From the NCBI GenBank assembly GCA_000004985.1, contig GG738867.1: a stretch of DNA of 64,000 nucleotides. One strand, given 5' to 3'. This stretch comes from Naegleria gruberi (lineage: Eukaryota). The position numbers were made by a program, and so were the translations under genes. Within the stretch, counting starts at the first letter, position 1, and each line of letters begins with the position of its first letter. Of this stretch, positions 55,550 through 64,000 are shown piece by piece. The notes beneath the pieces were generated by a model. That model was not told the DNA's origin, searched no databases, and was given only the letters and a program-made list of their open reading frames with translations.

Positions 55550-58156
55550 TCATTTAAGTAATAACTTTAATTTTCTAATTTCTTCCTCAAGTTCCTTGAT
55601 TCTCATATTTTCCTTTTTAAGTTCCTTATTTTCTTGTTTTAATTTTTCATTTTCCTCGACTATTTGAGGAATCTCCTTCAGTTCAGATATTTCACTATAC
55701 TTATCTTCCATTTCCTTTTGAATTAATTCAATACTTTCTGAACTATTATCTTTCAAATAATTAATAACTCTTAAAAGGATTGTTCTGTGAGTGTAGCACA
55801 TCAATCTCTTATTGGGATCTTGTTGAATCATGGTAATTAAGCATCGTGTTAAGATTGTATTCACACCAAAATTAGGATCTATATATTGATCAATTGTTTT
55901 TTGGATGGCGTGGTGTAATTTCTTTTCTCTCAATAACTCCGTCAATACTGTATGAAAATAAACACCATCCCACACAAAATATCGATACTGCTCGGCATAT
56001 TTCTGTACATTCGCATCTTGTAAAAACTTTTTATCCAACATTAATGAACTATTTGTCAATAATTTCAGTAAAATACATCCCATTGAGAAAATATCACTCA
56101 TAGTTGAAATATTCCCAATATTTTGAACAAGTTTGCCATCATCGAGTAATTCCTCTCTATAACTGGCTTGAGAGACTTCAGGAGACATGTAACTTAACTT
56201 TCCAATAGTCAATGTGATAGATTTTCCAGTCTTGGCCACTTTTGCGATGTCAAAGTCAATAATTTTGTATTGATCTGAAACTTTGACAATATTCTTTGGA
56301 TCTAAATCTCGGTGAATAATATTATGGTCATGAATGGTTTGCACCGAGTAGAGTATTTTTGTGAATATTGTTAATATTTCAATTAAATAATCTTTGGTAA
56401 TAGACTTTTGTGTATAAACCTCACTATTTCTATTAATGTAATCAGACAAAGATTCCTCTCCTATTTCCATAACTGTATATAGATGATTACTAATTTGATT
56501 AGCTTCATAACATTTAATTTTACCCTCAATATCACTTTTAAGAAAGTTGATTCTCTCTTGGGCAGGAGCTACGTCTAAATATTCATAACTAATTTTAAAA
56601 GCAACATATTGATTAGTCTCCTTATTGAAAGCTTTAAATACAACTCCTTCAGCTCCATATCCTAAAACTGATACCAGCTCATAAACAATATTTTTTTGGT
56701 CTTTTGAGTAATTGTAATAATCTTTGATTATTCGAATGATTTTTAAATATTCATTACTACATTCGTTATATTTGGCTATTAACTCTCTAGGGTTATCAAA
56801 AATAGTCAAATCTGATGTCCACTCTTCATAAAAATGTAATATTGGTTCAACCTCTTTATCTGAATAATATACTTCAAATTTAGAGGCAATATCATCAACA
56901 ACACTCTTAATATTTGAAAAATAGGTTGAGTTCAATTTTGATTGATATTCTTCAAAAAACTTATATAATTTAAAGCAAAATAAATAGTAATCAAAAGTCT
57001 TGAATATGTGGGGTTTAGAAGATGGATTAATTGAGCTGATATTTTTCAATATTTGAATAATGATTAACTTTTCAATAAACTTTGGAGAATAATTAGATCT
57101 AAAATTAAGAAAGTTTGGTTTCTCATTTGGAAATATGTCTTTAAAGAACAAATAACAGAATAGATCATTTTCCTCACAGAATTTCTTGTTATAATATTCA
57201 ACAATACCTTTGGATAGTTTTTGATTAATAGAATTGGTATCAACTTTCTTGAGGAATTTGTATTTAGCGGTTTTAGATGAATACTTGTTGGGTAGTGAGC
57301 TGATGATCTTCATATCTTTTTTCAATGATTCATCTGCATATTCGAGTACATATCCATCTTGTTTAACAGCTTTCAATATAAATTCTCTATCTTTTTTAAA
57401 TGATTCATCTGCATATTCAAATGCTCTTCCATGTTGTTTAACAGCTTCCAATATAAATTCTCTATCTTTTTTAAATGATTCATCTGCATATTCAAGTGTA
57501 TATCCATCTTGTTTAACAGCTTCCAATATAAATTTTCTATCTTTTTTCAATGATTCATCTGCATATTCAACATATTTCCATTTTGTTTAACAGCTTCCAA
57601 TATAATTTCTCTATCTTTTTTCAATGATTCATCTGCATATTCAAATGTACTTCCATTTTGTTTAACAGCTTCCAATACAATTTCTCTATCTTTTTTCAAT
57701 GATTCATCTGCATATTCAAGTGCATATCCATTTTGTTTAACAGCTTTCAATACAATTTCTCTATCTTTTTTCAATGATTCATCTGCATATTCAAGTGTAT
57801 ATCCATTTTGTTTAACAGCTTTCAATACAATTTCTCTATCTTTTTTCAATGATTCATCTGCATATTCAAGTGCATATCCATATTGTTTAACAGCTTTCAA
57901 TATAAATTCTCTATCTTTTTTCAATGATTCATCTGCATATTCAAATGCTATATCCATCTTGTTTAACAGCTTTCAATATAAATTCTCTATCTTTTTTCAA
58001 TGATTCATTTGCATATTTAAGTGCATATCCACCATTTTGTTTAACAGCTTCCAATACAATTTCTCTATCTTTTTTAAATGATTCATCTGCATAGTAAAAT
58101 GCTAATCCATTTTTTTAAACAGCTTCCAATACAGACTGACGAGTATTCAAAACCAT
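55550..58156 (-). CDS. Protein kinase-like paralog with N-terminal 31-aa tandem repeat array; repeat region carries frame breaks
   Basis: Kinase motifs are VLGYGAEGVVFK, VAFKI, HRDLDPKNIV, DFDIAK and YMSPEV, with a C-terminal coiled coil. Upstream repeats (YADESLKKDREIVLKAVKQNGYALE)n continue in ORF 57547..57957 (other frame) and further degenerate copies reach about 58140, including an in-frame TAA. The N-terminal boundary is uncertain. Confidence 0.6.
57230..58140 (-). repeat. Near-identical 93-nt coding tandem repeats (about 9.5 copies) with indels
   Basis: Repeated unit ...ttgtttaacagcttccaatacaatttctctatcttttttcaatgattcatctgcatattcaag.... ORF 57234..57590 (+) is its antisense translation. 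Confidence 0.7.
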
Positions 58157-58564
58157 TTCTTCCAGACAATGTGTGACAAGCTTCTGCTTCAATCAATATT
58201 TTTTTGAATTTTCAAACGTGATGGCGATAAAATTTTGATGACCACAAGCCTACAAACTCCTCAACATTCTTTTTAATTTTTTATCGAAAGAAAAGAAGGA
58301 AGGAATACAAAGTTGTGATTCTCACTCCAGGAATTACCAAGAATTAATACACTATTGGATGAAAGGAAAAAACAGAAAATTCTCTTGCTAATCATTTCCC
58401 TACCACAGAATTCTTTGTCCTGTGCAGTTCGTTGTTCCATCACAGAAGCAAATAAAAGGCAGAAAATTATGAAAAAAATGCAAACAACAACTTGAAAATA
58501 TTTTGATAGGAAGAATTTGCACTTGGTGCGAAAAGATAAGACAATAAGAAGAGCTGAATAGAAA

Positions 58565-61111
58565 ATGTTTAATTTTAATAGAAATAACAATACTAGTAAT
58601 AATGCTGGTAATTCATTTTCGACAACATCATCATGGATGAGTAATAGTACATCATCATCGTCAAATGGTGTAGGAAGTGTAGGAGGTTTTACTTTTAATA
58701 CCAACAAGCCAAACACCAACACCACTACTGGAACTTCTTCTCTGGGATTCGCAACAAATTCCTTCTCTACTAATAATAATACCAGTGGTGCTTCCACCAA
58801 TGGATTTACTTTTAATACTTCTGGTAATAACAACACAAATAATACTATGTTTCCTAATAATAATAATACATTGGGAAGTGGTGCTTCTATTGGTAACAGC
58901 ATGTTCTCTACTGTTGCTACTACTACTAATAATAATAACAATAATAGCATGTTCAATACCAATCCATTCACCACCACTAATAACAACACCAACAGCATTA
59001 CCACGAATAATAATAACACTACAATTCCTTCGTCATCATTTGCTGCCAATAGTAATCCGTTCACTTTTAATTCTTCAGCAACAAGTGGTTTTCCATCATT
59101 CTCCAATAATAACAACAACAATACTCTGAATAACAACAATGGTAAATTAACATCTTTCCCTTCCTTTGTACCAACACCTTTCACTACTACCTCTGGAGAA
59201 AAGGTTAAATACTACAGCTTGACCAAGATGGATCACTACAAGAATAAGTCATTCGAGGAATGTAGACACGATTATTTAAGTGCTCAAAAGAATGGTACTC
59301 TTCCACAAACAACATTATCAACCTCCACAACAGCAACTACTGGAACTAATTGGTTGAATTCTAGTACCAACAATACTACTACTGCCAATAACACTAATAA
59401 TTCCACATGGTCAATGCCATCAATTTCAACAAATAATTCTGTAAATAATTCCAACCCTGCATTCAATTTTGGATTGAATAGTTCTACCAATAATAACAGT
59501 AATACACTTGGTAGTAATAATAGTCTCGGAAGTGGATGGTTGTCAAATAGCAATAATAATAATACCAGCTCAATGTTTAATAACAACACAAATAACAATA
59601 CCACTGGTAATAATATGTTTGCAAGTGGTAATAATTCATTGATGGGAAATAACACTGCTACCAATACTACAAACAATAATAGCATGTTCTCTTCTGGTTT
59701 CAACCCAACAGCAACAAGTGGAACATCCAATTTTAATTTTAGTAATGGTACTAGTGGAACAGCAACTAATAATTCCACATTCACTTTTCCTTCAACAGCC
59801 AATTCCAACACAGCCCAACCATCCATGCTCAATCTTGGCAATTCTACAAATAATAATAACAATACTTCCAGCATGTTCAATCTTGCTACTTCTACTAATA
59901 ATACTTCGAGTCAACCTTCTCAACCATTCACTTGGAATGTATCATCAAGCAATTTGACATCTAGCAATCCTACAACAAACTTTATGTCATCTTCCTTCCA
60001 ACCTTCAACAACCAGTGGATCTAATTTCAATTTTACGAATACAATGACTGGAGCTAATTCAATTACTAACAATATGATGTCAACAGCAACTGCTCCAATT
60101 AATACAGATGCAACATTACTTTCTGTATTGAATCAACCATATGGTGAAAATTCTCTCTATGATGAAAAGTATCAACCATCATGTGGTGTGTTCAAGTTGG
60201 ATACTGAGGATGAATCAACAAAAGATGATACCACCACAAAGGAATCTACTTCAAACTTTGTTTCTAGACCAAGATTGGGAAAGGTCAAAAGGTCAACTCT
60301 CGCAGAAAAACTCACACTCATCAATACTCAAGCACAAATTGAGGAAAAGAAACAAACACAAGAAAATTTATTTGATGATCTTGCATTTAGACACAAGAAT
60401 AGCTTGAAGGAGTTGACCATCTTTCCAAACAATGTCTTTAAGAAGTATGAAAAGCCAATTGATCATTCTGTTGAAGATAGAGTCATTGTTAATGAAGAAA
60501 GAATCAGTAATACAATTGTTGTCAAGACAACATCACATCAATCGCAACAACGTAGAGCCTCTCCTCCATCAAATACTGATCTCGTAAAGCCAAAACCAAT
60601 CAAGGGAATGATTTTCCAAGATGCTGTAGAACTCCATACAAAGAAGGAACAAGTAACAGTTCCAAAATTCTTGCCAAAGCTTACCAAGGAAGGATATTAC
60701 ACAATTCCTTCAATGAAAGAATTAAGCATGATGAGCACTGCTGATTTGAAACATTGCAGAAACTTTACTGTTGGAAGATATGGCTATGGAGAAATTCAAG
60801 TATTGGGAAATCTTGATTTAACAAAGGGACTTGATTTGGATCGTATTATTTGTGAAATTGAACAACATCACGTTGACTTGTACAGTAATCACTCACCAAA
60901 TGAAAAGCCACCTGTTGGATCTGAATTGAATAGACCTTGCATTATTACTCTCTTCAATGTTCATCCATCACAAAACAACAAGTCAACATCAACACCACAT
61001 GAAAAGATTACTCAATTCCAAGCCAAACTTAAGAAGGCAAACCAAAAGACTGGAAGTGAATTTATCAATTATTCTAATGGTGAATGGATTTTCAAGGTTA
61101 GCCATTTCTAA
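58565..61111 (+). CDS. Nup98-type FG-repeat nucleoporin with C-terminal autoproteolytic domain
   Basis: About 550 aa of FxFN/SMFN/FTFN/FNFG repeats in an N/T/S-rich context. The C-terminal APD is ...GRYGYGEIQVLGNLDLTKGLDLDRIICEIEQHHVDLY...NGEWIFKVSHF, followed by a stop. A-rich start. Confidence 0.8.
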   Translation: MFNFNRNNNTSNNAGNSFSTTSSWMSNSTSSSSNGVGSVGGFTFNTNKPNTNTTTGTSSLGFATNSFSTNNNTSGASTNGFTFNTSGNNNTNNTMFPNNNNTLGSGASIGNSMFSTVATTTNNNNNNSMFNTNPFTTTNNNTNSITTNNNNTTIPSSSFAANSNPFTFNSSATSGFPSFSNNNNNNTLNNNNGKLTSFPSFVPTPFTTTSGEKVKYYSLTKMDHYKNKSFEECRHDYLSAQKNGTLPQTTLSTSTTATTGTNWLNSSTNNTTTANNTNNSTWSMPSISTNNSVNNSNPAFNFGLNSSTNNNSNTLGSNNSLGSGWLSNSNNNNTSSMFNNNTNNNTTGNNMFASGNNSLMGNNTATNTTNNNSMFSSGFNPTATSGTSNFNFSNGTSGTATNNSTFTFPSTANSNTAQPSMLNLGNSTNNNNNTSSMFNLATSTNNTSSQPSQPFTWNVSSSNLTSSNPTTNFMSSSFQPSTTSGSNFNFTNTMTGANSITNNMMSTATAPINTDATLLSVLNQPYGENSLYDEKYQPSCGVFKLDTEDESTKDDTTTKESTSNFVSRPRLGKVKRSTLAEKLTLINTQAQIEEKKQTQENLFDDLAFRHKNSLKELTIFPNNVFKKYEKPIDHSVEDRVIVNEERISNTIVVKTTSHQSQQRRASPPSNTDLVKPKPIKGMIFQDAVELHTKKEQVTVPKFLPKLTKEGYYTIPSMKELSMMSTADLKHCRNFTVGRYGYGEIQVLGNLDLTKGLDLDRIICEIEQHHVDLYSNHSPNEKPPVGSELNRPCIITLFNVHPSQNNKSTSTPHEKITQFQAKLKKANQKTGSEFINYSNGEWIFKVSHF

Positions 61112-61697
61112 TAAATATAACCATCTCACTTTCATGATATCAAATATTCGATTATTCTTCTTTTATCCAATTCAATTTCATTCTTCATTTCTATTACCAA
61201 AAATCGAATCATTGTAAAACTTTAATATTTTAAAAGGTCATCAATGTGTTATACAACATCCCTGAATGGTGTAAGATTAGACAATTTATTGTGCATTCTC
61301 TTAATATTATTGTGTATTGTGGATGATTACAAAAATTCGGGCTTTCTCCAATTTGACCTCACCTGACCATTTTTACAGTCATAAAGCCGATTCTGAACGA
61401 AACTGTTTGAACAGTTGGCTCTCAATATTCGAAACCGGTTCAGCGACTTGGTTATTGAATTTACCTTTCATTCTAAAGAAAAAAGCAAAGTTTATCTGGT
61501 AACACATTTTGCAGTTTCGTCTCCTCTTGCAAACGCTTTTAATTGTTGTTATTGTTTAGAATATTTTCATTAATTCTAAATAATATTCAGAAGAAATATC
61601 TTCCGCCTCTTCATATTCTCTCATAGCACTATCTGGAAAGCATTTTATGAGATCCTCTTCAAACAAAACCAAAATACGAAACTAAACGAAACAACAA

Positions 61698-64000
61698 AAT
61701 GACAGATCTAACCCAACAACAATCTTCATCATCTAACAACAATAACACAGCAACCTCACCATCAAACTACTTTCAAATTTCCTCTAATTTTCGTCGAAGA
61801 TCTTCCGCGAGTAATCTTTCACCTCGAAATCAGCAATCGAGTTTCGAATTATTTACTTCACCACAAATACAACAACAACAACAATTTAATGTTCCAGCTA
61901 ATAGAAATTCAATGAGTTTATTTCTCATTCCACCACCTTCTCTTTCACAACTTTCGAATAGTAAATTTGCAGCTGCAACAACAACAACTTCACCCATGTT
62001 TGAAATGATAAATTCATTTACGCTGACAACAGTATTCTCACAAATGATAGTGTATGGAAATAGTCTAATGATCGAAGAAAGGCCAACTGTTTCGACTATG
62101 GTTTCGTCCTTTGTTTCGAATACAAATTCAGAGCTCAAACTTCCAATTTCAGTACTTGAAATATCCAACCTATATTCCATCTTGTTAGTAGTCATTAAAA
62201 ACATGCAAGATTCCCATAAGAAAATAATAGAACTCGTGGAATGGCAAAAATCATTGAGACAACTTGGAGTTGTGCCAATTTTAGTTTTACAAAATACGAA
62301 ACAAGAATTAGACGAATTTTTGGAAGGAAATCAGTGGAATGGATATTCTATTGATGTAAATAACATGATGAGAGTTTCAGATTTGAATTTTGAATTGACG
62401 AAACAATTGTTTGAAAATACGAATAGTCCACTTTCGAATGAGCAACAAATTGATAGAGAAATAGTCGAATCTAAAATGTTTCTCATTAGAAATGGTTCAA
62501 TAGTTTGGGAATCTTCAACAAAACCTGAAGATCAAGTTATTGGAACTATTCTGTCGACTGTCGTTTTGAAACTTCCTTGGTACGCCATGTCAACTGATGA
62601 AATTTCATCAGACGAAAGTCAACACGCCCTTCAACCACTTTCTACAGTCAATAATTCATTGAATAATTTGAATCAATCCTACAAATCATCATGTTCACTT
62701 TCGTCTGGAGGTTTACGAAACTCTATTCGATTTGAAAATGGAGCTACATCACCTTCCAACTCTTCCACAAGTGTAGGTGGCATTTCTGCCTCCATTCGAA
62801 TAGGATCTCTCGTCAATGACCATAACAGTTTCATAGTTCCTGCTGGATTATCTCTCCATGGTGCTATGAGTGTTCTCCATACCATTTCGAATAACAATTT
62901 TGGAAATTCAGAGGATGAAGTTTCTTGTGAGGATGATTTCCAATTTCCAGAAAATCAAAATCACCTCCAAATGGTTCAACTCCCTTCAGATAATAATTTT
63001 GAATTCACTCAAGCAAAATCAAATAGTCAACCAACACCAGTTGACCAAAATAATAAGGAATTAATACTAATTACAGATGAAAATGAAATTAGCTTCACTC
63101 CAAAAGCAACTCCAACTCCATCCAGTCAATTACTCTTTCACAAAGAACAATCCTTCACCTCCACCAATACCAATAATACCACCACGAGTAGTGACAAGAT
63201 GACAGCATCAACACATCACACCATTGGTACTCCTCTATTAGGAGCAGATTCAAGATACTGTTCCAGCATTGCCTCCATGAACTCGACACTCATTGAAACA
63301 TCTGCCTCTTCCCTCGATTTAACAACCTTAATGATGCCACCAAGTCCAAACTCAATTTCCACAACAACTTCTGCATCTCCTGCATCTGCTGAAACTCTTA
63401 TTCAAAATAGAAAACTATCAATCTTTCAGAAATTGAGAGGAAGAAATGATATTGAAAAGATTGCAAGTGAACAACAGAAATTGGAGAAGGAAATGCAAAT
63501 TGTCAAGAAGAAGGAGATTGTGTCGAGATCTCAGAATAATTTGTATGCAGAACAGTCGATTGCAACAAGAGAGAATGTGACGAGTGGGAGAAGATCGATT
63601 TTTTCATATTGTTTTGGATCGAAATCTAGTCAACCAGCAACGACAAGTGAGAAAACACTTGTCATGTATGATCCAGTTGAGAGTCATTTATCTGAAATGT
63701 ATCAAGTGATGCATGATGACATGAAACGTCAATATTTCAAATTATTTAGTTTGAAACAGTTCAATGCTGAAAATTTACTTTTTTGGGAAGATGTCAAATT
63801 ATTTTACAAGAAAATTGTGGTTGAACTGAAACGACAACATGTTACCAAACAACGATTTTCACTCAAATCTTCTCAGATTGATGTCAGTCAAACTCCAATT
63901 CTTTCAAATGTCAACATTTCAAAAGAGTCAATTATAGAACTACATGACAAGATTATGAAAATGGCAAAATACATTGCCGAGAAGTATTTATATGAAAAAG
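61698..64000 (+). CDS. RGS-domain protein, 5' part (ORF runs off the window end; absent from the ORF track)
   Basis: A continuous open frame from the ATG at 61698 to position 64000 (more than 760 codons) with no stop. It contains the RGS signature YFKLFSLKQFNAENLLFWEDVKLFYKK near the window end. Confidence 0.55.

Noticed and set aside
58273-59880. Long minus-strand ORFs rich in L/V (58273..59184, 59284..59880) and plus ORFs 58785..59129 and 59718..59957
   Set aside because: These are antisense or out-of-frame read-throughs of the N/T/S-rich FG-repeat region of the Nup98 gene (AAT/AAC/ACT codons read on the other strand give ATT/GTT). They are not genes.
1-64000. Alternative (ciliate-type) genetic code with TAA=Gln, suggested by in-frame TAA at Q positions in the LRR gene and a kinase repeat
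   Set aside because: Many long ORFs (917, 899, 848 aa) are free of TAA and TAG under the standard code, which is impossible at this AT content if TAA encoded Gln. Most genes end in TAA followed by AT-rich low-complexity UTR.
1-64000. Mobile elements or retrotransposons
   Set aside because: No reverse transcriptase, integrase or transposase ORFs, and no LTR or TIR structures were seen. The RdRP is of the cellular RDR type.

Overview
Eukaryotic nuclear DNA: AT-rich (coding roughly 30-35% GC, spacers >75% AT), gene-dense at about one gene per 1.7 kb on both strands, standard genetic code with mostly TAA stops and some TGA. Start codons sit in A-rich contexts (aaaaaaaATG). Introns are few and short (40-47 nt, a few of 65-392 nt) with GTAAGT/GTAGGT/GTTTGT...(Y)AG boundaries. 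Homopolymeric N/Q/T/S tracts are common. These traits, plus an mfeA-type SDR+SCP2 enzyme and an ACG-type receptor adenylyl cyclase, point to an amoebozoan (dictyostelid-like) genome; this is an inference, not more. No prokaryotic features, CRISPR arrays, rRNA or tRNA genes, or recognisable transposons were found. About 37 protein-coding genes were identified by motif inspection; all splice junctions were hand-derived (see F7). Several genes show frame breaks or in-frame TAA codons, which suggest either draft-assembly indels or real pseudogenisation. The ORF track misses a long RGS-domain ORF (61698 to window end) because it has no stop codon inside the window. The most interesting items are two kinase paralogs with N-terminal 31-residue tandem repeat arrays and non-canonical catalytic motifs, a possibly fused multi-TM/PAS/cyclase gene, and a C2-domain gene with a 6-nt microexon. 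Others are a Nup98 homolog that ends exactly at the autoproteolytic HF site, a PARG-like gene apparently lacking the catalytic QEE signature, and a GC-rich candidate ncRNA island.
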